A stretch of 32,000 nucleotides of DNA, from the NCBI RefSeq assembly GCF_003367075.2, contig NZ_CP065936.1, positions 1,380,001 to 1,412,000 of the forward strand. Reading direction: 5' to 3'. This document shows, piece after piece, positions 1 through 8,668 of the stretch (positions are counted from its first letter, which is position 1; the number at the start of each line of letters is the position of its first letter). The stretch is from Cylindrospermopsis raciborskii Cr2010. Its GTDB lineage: Bacteria > Cyanobacteriota > Cyanobacteriia > Cyanobacteriales > Nostocaceae. The translations under genes and the position numbers were made by a program. A model generated the notes under the pieces. It did not search any database, had not been told where the DNA came from, and saw nothing but the letters and a program-made list of their open reading frames with translations.

Positions 1-410
1 CCAGCTAATAACAGTTGTCCACGACGACTACGGTTGATCAGCTGAGTTTGATAAGCATCAATGTTGCGAATAATTTGACTGGAAATGACTCGTGGTTTGA
101 GACAGTCCTCTTTTTTGACTCCCAATAGGTCCAAAACTGCTTGTCCTGCTGCTCTTGTTTCCCCCTGGGATCCCGAGTGTAGTTCCAACATTCCATATAG
201 TCTTTCTACTATTTGCCACCCTGGACGCACGGAAGCAGATTTTAAGGCAACATCAGTAATTTTATTGATTTCAATACCGGGTGAAATTTCAATCCAGATG
301 GAAGTGTCACCCGGTAAAGGTAAAAAACCTTGGGCCACTGTTCCCATATATGCCGCATGTTGCGGTTGTAAGTTGTCTAGAAATACGTAACTGCGTAATT
401 CTATGCCCAA
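1..410 (-). CDS. ccmP: Carboxysome shell protein CcmP-like (tandem BMC domain); N-terminal part only, gene runs off the left edge
   Basis: Not in the supplied ORF track. Manual minus-strand translation from TTG at 410-408 gives [136 protein letters not shown]. The frame is open to position 1, with an in-frame TAA upstream at 446-444. It has a BMC-like D-x3-K-x-A-x-V signature and closely matches my recollection of Synechococcus CcmP. The first ATG (347) would remove conserved N-terminal residues, so TTG 410 is the likely start. Confidence 0.7.
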   Translation of the reverse strand, partial: MGIELRSYVFLDNLQPQHAAYMGTVAQGFLPLPGDTSIWIEISPGIEINKITDVALKSASVRPGWQIVERLYGMLELHSGSQGETRAAGQAVLDLLGVKKEDCLKPRVISSQIIRNIDAYQTQLINRSRRGQLLLA

Positions 411-841
411 AGTTTTGCACCTCCGTCTGTTCGTGTCAACAGTTTACCAAAATATCTTCTCAGAAAAAACGCGCATTTTGGTACAACTATAACAAAGAAA
501 TGTCTGACACTGGTAGGATGGGTTTAGGGGAAGTTTGATGAGTCAGATTGAGAATGACAACTAGGTAAAGTAGAAAAGTAATGAAAACTGCCTGTATGAG
601 TCTTTGTAGCATAACACTCCCCCCACTTAATAAATAGCATTTTTAATCTGATTAATTGAACCACTAATCTGAATACAGCCTTGGGATTTACCCGATGATA
701 TGTTATGATATTCGGGTCTGTTATAACCCAGACCGGAAGTGCCATTAAAAGTTCCTCTTGAAATATGAGATATGGCCATTAATCCAGTCCATTCTCTCGA
801 ACCTCGAATAAAATAAAGGGTAAATAGCTACAAATAACCTC

Positions 842-1447
842 ATGATTCCTATCGTTATTGAACAATCGGGTCGAGGCGAACGCGCCTTTGATATCTATTC
901 ACGTTTGCTGCGCGAACGGATCGTTTTTTTAGGGCAACAGGTGGATAGCAGTTTAGCTAATCTAATAGTGGCCCAACTGCTGTTCTTAGACTCTGAAGAC
1001 CCGGAGAAAGATATTTATATGTATATCAACTCTCCCGGTGGTTCAGTGACAGCAGGAATGGGAATTTTTGATACTATGAAGAACATCCGCCCTAATGTGT
1101 GTACTATTTGTACAGGACTGGCTGCCAGTATGGGGGCCTTTCTATTGAGTGCAGGTACTAAAGGTAAACGTATGAGTTTACCTCACTCGCGCATCATGAT
1201 TCACCAGCCATTAGGCGGTGCTCAGGGACAAGCTACAGATATAGAAATTCAAGCTCGGGAAATTCTATATCACAAACGCAAGCTAAACGAATATTTGGCT
1301 GAACATACTGGTCAGCCATTTGACCGAATAGCCGAAGATACGGAGCGAGATTTTTTCATGTCTCCCCAAGAGGCCAGGGAATATGGACTTATTGACCAAG
1401 TAATTGACCGACATGCAGCTGGTAGTCGCCCCCTGGCCCTACTATAA
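842..1447 (+). CDS. clpP: ATP-dependent Clp protease proteolytic subunit (ClpP1-like, catalytically competent)
   Basis: 201-aa ORF with the catalytic Ser in [11 protein letters not shown], His in IMIHQPLGG and the Asp region in TERDFFMS. Full-length similarity to ClpP, and monocistronic like cyanobacterial clpP1. Confidence 0.95.
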   Translation: MIPIVIEQSGRGERAFDIYSRLLRERIVFLGQQVDSSLANLIVAQLLFLDSEDPEKDIYMYINSPGGSVTAGMGIFDTMKNIRPNVCTICTGLAASMGAFLLSAGTKGKRMSLPHSRIMIHQPLGGAQGQATDIEIQAREILYHKRKLNEYLAEHTGQPFDRIAEDTERDFFMSPQEAREYGLIDQVIDRHAAGSRPLALL

Positions 1448-1451
1448 ACTG

Positions 1452-1481
1452 TGGATGATTGGGAGTAATCCCCATCATCCA
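1452..1481 (+). terminator. Hairpin just after the clpP stop (candidate intrinsic terminator)
   Basis: TGGATGAT(T)GGG / loop AGTAAT / CCCATCATCCA, about 11 bp with one bulge, starting 5 nt after the clpP TAA. There is no clear U-run, so this is only a candidate. Confidence 0.35.
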
Positions 1482-1853
1482 ATTCTCCAGAATTTCAACA
1501 GCGGAAATTTGGATTCGAGTGCTAGTGATACCTTTAATAGTGCTATTAATAATGCTATGGTGATTACCTCAACTAAAATGTCTAGGAGTATTTTCTGCGA
1601 GTGTGCTCTAAATCTACAATAATGAAGATGGAGTTCGCTGTCATTGCTCATTCAGTTGCCAACCTGATTGTCACCAATTTTACAAATAATTGGGTAAATC
1701 GGCAGTTTCTCTTGGTTAAAACTCAGATTCATACGTTTACGAGAGTCTAAGGGAACGGGTAAATCGTTGGCAATATGTGTAGACTGTGAGGATATACAGG
1801 TAAGAACCAGATAACAAGAAAAATGATGTTTTGACCAAAGGCCAGTTCACTGC

Positions 1854-4175
1854 ATGGAATTTTCAATCGCTACACTCCTTGCCAATTTTACCGATGACAA
1901 ATTGGTAGCTAGGAAGGTTCTGGAAAAAAAATTGGGTTGTGAAGATGAGGATAGTTTGGAAAAACTTCATATTGCTTTGGAGGTGCTCGAAAAAGTTGGA
2001 CTTTTAGTTAAGGACCGGGGTAAGTATCGTCGCGTATCAGAGGAGGGGCTGATAGAAGCGAAGCTGCGCTGTTCCAGCAAGGGATTTTGTTTTGCTATCC
2101 AGGATCCCGAAGGTGCAGAAGATATTTACATTCGAGAAAGTCATCTTAGTCACGCTTGGAATGGAGACCGCGTATTAGTTCGCATCCTCAAGGAGGGAAG
2201 TCGTCGTCGTTCTCCTGAAGGTGAGGTAAAGTTGATTTTAGAGCGATCTAATCACACTTTATTGGCACGGATTAAGCAAGTGGAAGGTGGTTTCCGCGCG
2301 GTACCTTTAGATGACCGATTGCTGTTTGAATTGAAATTGGTGAGCAATGGAATTAATTTGCAAGACGCTATCGATCATCTGGCACATGTGGAGGTGATCC
2401 GCTATCCCTTGGCACAATATCCCCCCCTGGGTCAGGTTGTACAAATTCTTGGTACGGATGCTGAAGCCGCTGCTGATATAGATTTAGTTACATGCAAACA
2501 CGACCTATCCAGGAACTTTGCAGAAAATGTATTAGATGCAGCAGCTAGGTTACCGAAAAATCTCCTCAAGGCCAATCTGCGCGAGCGTCTGGATTTAAGG
2601 AGTGTATTTACTCTGACTATAGAGGGGGTAGATGGGGATGGAGTGGTGGAAAATGCTTTTAGTCTGGAGAAGCATTCTGTCACCAACTGGCAATTGATGG
2701 TTCACATTACAGATTTATCTGTCTATATCCACCCGGATGAAATTTTGGATCGGGAAGCACTGAAACGGGGAAAAACTATTCACCTTGGCAATCTCATCTT
2801 GCCCATGCTACCTCATACAGTAGCAGAGTGCTGTTCTTTACTACCCGATAGCGATCGCCTGGCTTTGTCTTTTATCATCAATATTGATATTGAGAAGGGA
2901 CAGATTACAGAGTGGGAAATTCAACCGAGTGTAGTCAATGTAGATACAAGTATTACCTATGAACAGGCCCAGTCGTTCCTTGCAGGTGAGTCATCAGAGT
3001 TAACCCGGGTGATAGAGATGTTAAATGATTTAACATCTTTGGCTCAAATCATCAAGAAAGACCGTTTATCTCGTGGTTGCTTAGAGCTGAATCTACCATT
3101 GGGTTACAATCCTTACCATGATGAAGGTAGTATGGGAGCAATTATTCCCGACAGTTCACCACTGGGATCGGTTTTGAGGGAGTTAATCCTCATGGTTAAT
3201 CAGTTAATGGGTCAACACCTGAGTGCTTTGGATATTCCAGCACTTTGGCGTGTTCAGGGATCTCCCGATTCTCAAGATGTTCAAGAAATGCTAAAACTGG
3301 CAGTTAATTTGGGTGTGGAATTAATCATAGACCCCGAGTTGGAAATTCAATCTGTGGATTATCAACATTTAACAGGCGTTTTTGCTGAATCCCCATCAGA
3401 ACAGGTTTTGACTTACTTACTACAGGATACTCTAAAACCTGCCGTTTATAGTACTGTTAAAGCACCTCACTTTGGATTAGCACTGCCAGCATATATACAC
3501 TTTAGCTCTCCTTTACGTCGGTATCCAGATTTAGTTATGCAAAGAGTGTATCATGCTGTTCTTGAGTATGGGCGCGATCGCCGTAATAGTCGTGTCAAGG
3601 AGCGGGTTAATCTACGTCATTCTTCTTCTCATCAAGAAATTAACTGGAATGTTTTACCTCCGGAAGTACAACAAGAGCTACAAACAGAATTAAACAGGAT
3701 TCTGGTCCAGATTAATGAGAGAGAGAAACAAGTTTATGATGCTGAAACTGATCTAGCTGGATTACAAAAAGCACAGGTGATGAAACAGCAGATTAACCAA
3801 ATCTTTCCTGGTGTGATTACTGGGGTTCAATCCTACGGTTTTTTTGTGGAGATAGAAGTTCCCCCAACCGAGGAAGTTGGTTCTCATTTAGCCACCCCTT
3901 TACGAGTAGAGGGATTAGTTCACGTTAGTTCTCTCAAGGATGATTGGTATGAATACCGCGCTCGACAACAAGCCCTATTTGGTAGAAAAAATCGCGCTTC
4001 CTATCGCTTAGGAGATCAGGTATTTGTACAGGTCAAAAGTGTAGACTACTATCGTCAACAAATTGATTTAGTTACCACTGGAGCAGATGGTAAAATTAAT
4101 GGTTCGGAAACAACCAATGATGACAGATCAAATATCTACCTACCTGATCAAACCCCACCCTTTGATATAGATTAA
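1854..4175 (+). CDS. RNase II/R family 3'-5' exoribonuclease (RNB catalytic domain plus C-terminal S1 domain)
   Basis: 773-aa ORF. RNB signature HFGLALPAYIHFSSPLRRYPDLVMQR; S1-like C-terminus FPGVITGVQSYGFFVEI...GLVHVSSL...GDQVFVQVKSVD. An in-frame TGA at 1824-1826 bounds the start, so ATG 1854 is used. Confidence 0.9.
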   Translation: MEFSIATLLANFTDDKLVARKVLEKKLGCEDEDSLEKLHIALEVLEKVGLLVKDRGKYRRVSEEGLIEAKLRCSSKGFCFAIQDPEGAEDIYIRESHLSHAWNGDRVLVRILKEGSRRRSPEGEVKLILERSNHTLLARIKQVEGGFRAVPLDDRLLFELKLVSNGINLQDAIDHLAHVEVIRYPLAQYPPLGQVVQILGTDAEAAADIDLVTCKHDLSRNFAENVLDAAARLPKNLLKANLRERLDLRSVFTLTIEGVDGDGVVENAFSLEKHSVTNWQLMVHITDLSVYIHPDEILDREALKRGKTIHLGNLILPMLPHTVAECCSLLPDSDRLALSFIINIDIEKGQITEWEIQPSVVNVDTSITYEQAQSFLAGESSELTRVIEMLNDLTSLAQIIKKDRLSRGCLELNLPLGYNPYHDEGSMGAIIPDSSPLGSVLRELILMVNQLMGQHLSALDIPALWRVQGSPDSQDVQEMLKLAVNLGVELIIDPELEIQSVDYQHLTGVFAESPSEQVLTYLLQDTLKPAVYSTVKAPHFGLALPAYIHFSSPLRRYPDLVMQRVYHAVLEYGRDRRNSRVKERVNLRHSSSHQEINWNVLPPEVQQELQTELNRILVQINEREKQVYDAETDLAGLQKAQVMKQQINQIFPGVITGVQSYGFFVEIEVPPTEEVGSHLATPLRVEGLVHVSSLKDDWYEYRARQQALFGRKNRASYRLGDQVFVQVKSVDYYRQQIDLVTTGADGKINGSETTNDDRSNIYLPDQTPPFDID

Positions 4176-4273
4176 CCACTTGTGGATTACAGTTAAAAGG
4201 CTAGGGGTTTAAGACACATCTTTGTCCTAATGCCTTTTGACATTTATTAACCCCATGTTACCTACTAACTTTT

Positions 4274-4936
4274 TTGAGAAACTTCGTGTCTAATCACATT
4301 GATAAAAGTAACAATGACAGAAATCATAGCAAACCTCTAATAATAGGAGTATCTGGAGCATCTGGTTTGATTTATGCTGTGCGCGCCCTTAAGTTTCTAC
4401 TAGAATCCGATTATAGTATAGAACTGGTTGCCTCTAAATCTACTTATACAGTTTGGCAAGCAGAGCAAAACATCCGTATGCCTCCGGAAGCGATCGCTCA
4501 GGAGCAATTCTGGCGATCGCAAGCTGGTGTCACCTCCATGGGTAAATTACGTTGTCATCCCTGGAGCGATGTAGGTGCTGGTATTGCTAGTGGTTCTTTT
4601 AGAAGCTTAGGGATGATTATTATTCCTTGTAGCATGAGTACAGTAGCGAAACTAGCGGTAGGTTTAAGTTCCGATTTGCTAGAAAGAGCAGCAGATGTAC
4701 AAGTTAAGGAAGGGCGCAAACTGGTAATTGTGCCCAGAGAAACACCCTTTAGCTTGATTCACCTGCGGAATTTAACTACCCTAGCTGAAACAGGGGTTAG
4801 GGTTGTCCCCGCCATCCCTGCTTGGTATCATAATCCTAAGAGCATAGACGATTTAGTAGATTTTGTGGTTGCTCGTGCTTTGGATCAATTGGACATTGAT
4901 TGTATACCCATTAAGCGCTGGCAAGGTCATATTTAA
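4274..4936 (+). CDS. ubiX: Flavin prenyltransferase UbiX
   Basis: Motifs IIGVSGASGLIYAVRALKFL, IIPCSMSTVAKLAVG and VPRETPFS. There is no in-frame ATG near the N-terminus, so the start is TTG 4274 or GTG 4286. Confidence 0.85.
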   Translation: MRNFVSNHIDKSNNDRNHSKPLIIGVSGASGLIYAVRALKFLLESDYSIELVASKSTYTVWQAEQNIRMPPEAIAQEQFWRSQAGVTSMGKLRCHPWSDVGAGIASGSFRSLGMIIIPCSMSTVAKLAVGLSSDLLERAADVQVKEGRKLVIVPRETPFSLIHLRNLTTLAETGVRVVPAIPAWYHNPKSIDDLVDFVVARALDQLDIDCIPIKRWQGHI

Positions 4937-4971
4937 ATTAGAGCTAATTAAACAAGAACGAACAAGTAAAG

Positions 4972-5000
4972 TTGACAAGGGAGAAAATGAGCTAGATAAT
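4972..5000 (+). promoter_or_regulatory. Near-consensus sigma70-type promoter (TTGACA-N17-GATAAT) upstream of the small ORF-ybeY-dgkA-trpG string
   Basis: TTGACA at 4972-4977, an exact 17-nt spacer (4978-4994) and GATAAT at 4995-5000. It lies about 65 nt upstream of ATG 5066. Confidence 0.4.
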
Positions 5001-5065
5001 AGTAGATAAATTTGAAGTTCAGGTATTTCAAATATTTACAGTTAGAGGACAACCGCACAGAGATT

Positions 5066-5221
5066 ATGAGTAACACCCCTGTAAACGAATCAAAACCTAG
5101 TTATGTGAAGCTGGCAATGCGAAACATGGTCAGAAAAGGTGGCACCTCCCTCAAACATTTCGGACTAACTACCATGGGATTGTTAGCTGTTCTGGTTGGT
5201 CTAGCATACCTCACTCGCTAA
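5066..5221 (+). CDS. Small conserved cyanobacterial protein with a C-terminal transmembrane helix (DUF3285-like by recollection)
   Basis: MSNTPVNESKPSYVKLAMRNMVRKGGTSLKHFGLTTMGLLAVLVGLAYLTR. It has a basic N-terminal half and one hydrophobic helix, and ends 14 nt before ybeY. The track ORF begins at 5012, but the internal ATG 5066 fits better. The family name is from memory only. Confidence 0.55.
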   Translation: MSNTPVNESKPSYVKLAMRNMVRKGGTSLKHFGLTTMGLLAVLVGLAYLTR

Positions 5222-5235
5222 ATAAAGGAAATTCT

Positions 5236-5760
5236 GTGTCCTCCCAAACCAAAGTACAGACTCAATTACAAGTTGAGTTATTTATTGAAAATAGTTATGA
5301 CTTGAACTTGACTAATCAAGTATCAGAAGAAAAATGGTATATGTGGTTTAGCCAGTGGTTGACCCTGCTTGCTGTCGAACTACCACGGGCTTTGAGTTAT
5401 GAAATCGGATTGCAGTTAACCAATAATGCCCAAATTCAAGAATTGAATGCCCAATATCGTCAGAAAGACCAACCAACAGATGTTTTGGCTTTTGCTGCAC
5501 TGGAGAATAATTTCCCCTACACCGAGGAAATGCTAGCCAGTCAACCCTTATATTTGGGTGACATTGTCATATCTATAGATACCGCCATTAGTCAAGCTGA
5601 GGAGCGGGAACATAGTTTAACTACAGAGTTAGCTTGGTTGAGTGCCCATGGTTTATTGCATCTTTTGGGCTGGGATCATCCTGATGAGAAAAGTTTGATA
5701 GAGATGTTAAACAAACAATCAATGCTGCTAAAATCAGTTGGTATTGTTAGTAATATTTAA
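5236..5760 (+). CDS. ybeY: Endoribonuclease YbeY (rRNA maturation factor)
   Basis: Zinc motif HGLLHLLGWDH (H-x3-H-x5-H). GTG start preceded by AAGGA. Confidence 0.9.
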   Translation: MSSQTKVQTQLQVELFIENSYDLNLTNQVSEEKWYMWFSQWLTLLAVELPRALSYEIGLQLTNNAQIQELNAQYRQKDQPTDVLAFAALENNFPYTEEMLASQPLYLGDIVISIDTAISQAEEREHSLTTELAWLSAHGLLHLLGWDHPDEKSLIEMLNKQSMLLKSVGIVSNI

Positions 5761-5976
5761 GTAGAGATTATAACGAACAGGAGTAGGTTCTTTGCCGCTC
5801 AAACCAGTTTAAACAAGATTTAAAATCTCCTTCCATCCGACTATTATGGCCATATTGATAGTAATTCTGTCACAAATTGTTTAAAGTTATGACAAATTCA
5901 AATTAGTCCCTTAGAATGTGTTCAGTCTCCTCCCACCCATTCTGATTACACTTAATTTTTGAATCTCCAACATCCT

Positions 5977-6447
5977 ATGTTCCCCAAGACTTCAATACCA
6001 CCAACACCACCAAAGCGCTTACCAAAAATTGTATCTTCGGAAAGGGAATTTTCTTGGCAAATAGCTTCTAACTTGCTTGCCAGCTTTAAATACGCTTGGG
6101 CTGGAATCAGCTATGGTTTTCAGACCCAGCGTAACTTTCGGATTCATGTAGCTGCTTGTGCTTTCGTGATTGGTTTGAGTATTTTTCTCCATCTTAAACC
6201 AGTAGAAATAGCCATAATTAGTATTACAAGTGGTTTAGTTTTAACCTTGGAGTTAGTTAATACAGCCATTGAATCTCTGGTGGATTTAACTGTTAAGCAG
6301 ACCTATCATGAATTGGCGAAAGTGGCTAAAGACTGTGCTGCTGGTGCTGTGCTTATCTCAGCCATGGTATCACTAATAGTGGCAGTCACACTATTGCTTC
6401 CTCCTTTAATACGTTTAATCACAACTATATTCTTATCAGAATGGTAG
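5977..6447 (+). CDS. dgkA: Diacylglycerol kinase (prokaryotic DgkA family)
   Basis: Three hydrophobic helices and the signature ELVNTAIESLVD. The ORF is open from TTG 5959; ATG 5977 is preferred. Confidence 0.85.
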   Translation: MFPKTSIPPTPPKRLPKIVSSEREFSWQIASNLLASFKYAWAGISYGFQTQRNFRIHVAACAFVIGLSIFLHLKPVEIAIISITSGLVLTLELVNTAIESLVDLTVKQTYHELAKVAKDCAAGAVLISAMVSLIVAVTLLLPPLIRLITTIFLSEW

Positions 6448-6495
6448 TTAGTATTTGTAATTAGTTCTTTTAATTAACACTTGTGGGTGCGAATT

Positions 6496-7089
6496 GTGAT
6501 TATAGTCATTGATAATTATGATAGTTTTACATACAACTTGGTGCAGTATTTGGGGGAGCTGGCAGTGGAGTTTCCTGCTGCTGCGGATCTAAAAGTTTTT
6601 CGTAACGATAAAATTACAGTGGAGGGAATTAGAGAATTAAAACCCCATGGACTAGTGATTTCTCCTGGTCCTGGTCGTCCTGAAGACGCGGGGATTTCCC
6701 TGGATGTAATTGAAAAGTTAGGTTCCAGCTTGCCAATTTTGGGTGTTTGTTTAGGTCATCAAAGCATTGGCAAAGTATTTGGGGGTAAAGTTGTTGCAGC
6801 AACAGAATTGATGCATGGTAAAACATCTCCAGTGCTTCACAACAGTGTGGGAGTATTCCAAGGATTAGAAAATCCTATTACCGCTACAAGATATCATAGT
6901 TTAGTCATTGAGCGTGAAACCTGTCCAGATGTATTAGAAATTACTGCTTGGGTAGAAGATGGAACAATCATGGGAGTGCGACACAGGAATTATCCTCACA
7001 TCCAAGGTGTGCAATTTCATCCAGAGAGTGTGTTAACTATAGCTGGTAAGCAGTTACTGTCTAATTTTCTCCGGGAGTTAGAGACCTGA
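6496..7089 (+). CDS. trpG: Glutamine amidotransferase subunit of anthranilate / aminodeoxychorismate synthase (TrpG/PabA)
   Basis: [18 protein letters not shown]-terminus, catalytic Cys in GVCLGHQ, His-Glu in VQFHPES. The ORF is open from 6481; GTG 6496 gives the canonical N-terminus. Confidence 0.9.
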   Translation: MIIVIDNYDSFTYNLVQYLGELAVEFPAAADLKVFRNDKITVEGIRELKPHGLVISPGPGRPEDAGISLDVIEKLGSSLPILGVCLGHQSIGKVFGGKVVAATELMHGKTSPVLHNSVGVFQGLENPITATRYHSLVIERETCPDVLEITAWVEDGTIMGVRHRNYPHIQGVQFHPESVLTIAGKQLLSNFLRELET

Positions 7090-7106
7090 CGCTGTCAATG
7101 GAAAGT

Positions 7107-7124
7107 GGCGATCAAGCGATCGCC
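7107..7124. terminator. HIP1-containing perfect hairpin between convergent trpG and the FG-GAP gene
   Basis: GGCGATC-AAGC-GATCGCC: a 7-bp perfect stem with a 4-nt loop, lying in the 51-bp gap between two convergent stop codons. Confidence 0.35.
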
Positions 7125-7140
7125 CTGGGAATGTATTAAC

Positions 7141-8385
7141 CTATGCAGTGTACCATTCTGGAGTCAACCTATCGACTTCAGAAACAGGAGTTTCACTAGC
7201 TATAGTACCATTCATGTTCCAGATTTTATCTGCACCGGTTTGTTGGTCTCTCCAGTAAATATCGGTTTTACCATCCCCATTAAAATCACCAAGAGAAGCT
7301 GTTAGACCAGGGGGATTGCTGGGTAAAAAGGCCTCAGACTGAATACTAGTACCATTCATTAACCAAGCGGTGTTTTCTCCGGTAGAACTATTATGCCAGA
7401 AAATGTCCGTTCTACCATCACCATTAAAATCACCGATATTAGCAGTCCAACCCTGACCTAAGGTGTTGACAACTCCTTCAGTGATAAAAACACCATTCAT
7501 GGTCCAAATTTTGTTTTCACCAGTGGTGTTATTACGCCACAAAATATCTGTTTTTAAATCACCATTGAAGTCTCCCAGAGTGCTAGTCCAGGCGCCATCC
7601 TGAGCTTGTAAATCATAGTTAGTGACTTCAGTACCATTCATAAACCAAGCACTATTGGCACCAGTTAAACTATCACGCCAAAAAATATCACTTTTACCAT
7701 TACCGTCAAAATCAACTATGGTAGCTGTTAGGGCCACATCCTTTGTTTCCAACATAGTAGCATTTACAACCTTAGTACCATTCATTTCCCAAATTGCATT
7801 TTGACCAGTAGTGGTATTGCGCCAGAAAATGTCGGTTTTACGGTCACCATTAAAATCGCCAATTTCCGCTTTCCAACCTGGATCTACCCTATCCAACATT
7901 AAGAAACTGGCAACTTTTGTACCATCCATCAACACCACTAGGTTTTCACCCGTGGTCTCATTACGCAACAAGAAGTCTGTTTTATTATCGCTGTTAAAAT
8001 CAGCAGTTTTATAACTCCAAGTTCTTAGATCGTACTGACCTAAAGAAGCTTGTTCTATGATTCTTGTACCATCCATTAGACGAACAAAAATTTCACCTGT
8101 TTGTACATTCACCCACATTTTATCTGTTTTACCGTCACCATTGAAATCGGGAACAATAGCGGCGCTGGTTAAATAGGGATTGGGATTAGGATTAGCGCTA
8201 ATAGGTATTTTTGGCAATTCACCCAATGGTGGTGTGGTAGGTAATATGGGTTGCTCTGCTAGGGGTTCAGGAGAAACATTAATAGGGAAGGAAGTATTGA
8301 GATCTGTCGTCAAATCTCCTGATTTGCTAATAGAAAATACTCCCAGTCCGGAGGATTCTGAATAGTTGTTGTTATTACTGGTCAT
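7141..8385 (-). CDS. FG-GAP/VCBS-repeat protein, predicted seven-bladed beta-propeller
   Basis: Seven tandem units of about 48 aa with consensus GDFNGDGKTDIFWRNxxTGxNxxWxMNGT. The track ORF starts at TTG 8415; ATG 8385 (MTSNNNNYSESS...) is the more likely start. Confidence 0.85.
   Translation of the reverse strand: MTSNNNNYSESSGLGVFSISKSGDLTTDLNTSFPINVSPEPLAEQPILPTTPPLGELPKIPISANPNPNPYLTSAAIVPDFNGDGKTDKMWVNVQTGEIFVRLMDGTRIIEQASLGQYDLRTWSYKTADFNSDNKTDFLLRNETTGENLVVLMDGTKVASFLMLDRVDPGWKAEIGDFNGDRKTDIFWRNTTTGQNAIWEMNGTKVVNATMLETKDVALTATIVDFDGNGKSDIFWRDSLTGANSAWFMNGTEVTNYDLQAQDGAWTSTLGDFNGDLKTDILWRNNTTGENKIWTMNGVFITEGVVNTLGQGWTANIGDFNGDGRTDIFWHNSSTGENTAWLMNGTSIQSEAFLPSNPPGLTASLGDFNGDGKTDIYWRDQQTGADKIWNMNGTIASETPVSEVDRLTPEWYTA
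7277..8151 (-). repeat. Intragenic tandem repeat, seven copies, period 141-147 nt (propeller blades)
   Basis: The plus-strand motif CCATTAAAATCACC (reverse complement encodes GDFNG) or a close variant recurs at 7277, 7421, 7562, 7703, 7847, 7991 and 8138. Confidence 0.9.
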
Positions 8386-8550
8386 GCTGGTTTTTTTATG
8401 AGTAATTAATATCAAGTTTTAATGGATCAAAAATGAAGATTCTGTAAATTACAAACATTTGTGAAAACAAATTCATTTAATTGTGATTGTTTCTGTATAT
8501 CTTTGATTAGTTGACACTAAGTGGGTGGGTGGAATTAAATATAAGATAGA

Positions 8551-8586
8551 CGTAGGTTGGGTTGAAGTATGAAACCCAACGCTACG
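8551..8586. repeat. Small dispersed hairpin repeat, family 1 (copy A)
   Basis: CGTAG-GTTGGGTT-GAAGTATGA-AACCCAAC-G-CTACG: 13 bp of stem with one bulge. The first 30 nt are identical to 18316-18345. Confidence 0.85.
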
Positions 8587-8668
8587 CTATCATCAAACCA
8601 TATTTTATTACCATCTTGTATTATACTCGTTATATTACTGACAAGAATCCTACCAACTTAAAATTCAT

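Noticed and set aside
85-538. Plus-strand track ORFs 85-390 and 281-538
   Set aside because: Their composition is Cys/Pro/Ser-rich and implausible. The opposite strand encodes a clean CcmP-like BMC protein over the same bases.
524-745. 73-aa minus-strand ORF in the ccmP-clpP intergenic region
   Set aside because: It has no recognisable motif and odd composition, and it sits where the divergent promoters are expected. It is probably a chance ORF in AT-rich DNA.
1404-1651. Small ORFs in the clpP-RNase spacer (plus 1404-1622, 72 aa; minus 1475-1651, 58 aa, found manually)
   Set aside because: They overlap each other and the clpP 3' end. Neither has a motif or convincing start context, so I cannot support either as a gene from sequence alone.
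2432-2686. 84-aa ORF antisense to the RNase II/R gene
   Set aside because: It lies entirely inside a well-supported gene on the other strand. The Ser/Arg/Ala-rich composition is typical of an antisense frame.
6629-8365. Antisense or overlapping track ORFs 6629-6826, 7105-7305, 7622-7804, 7811-8014 and 8180-8365
   Set aside because: All lie inside trpG or the FG-GAP gene on the opposite strand. They are short, with low-complexity products that mirror the repeat.
8416-8668. NtcA/CRP-type site near 8446 (GTAAATTACAAACA)
   Set aside because: It reads GTA-N8-ACA rather than GTA-N8-TAC, so it does not meet the consensus.
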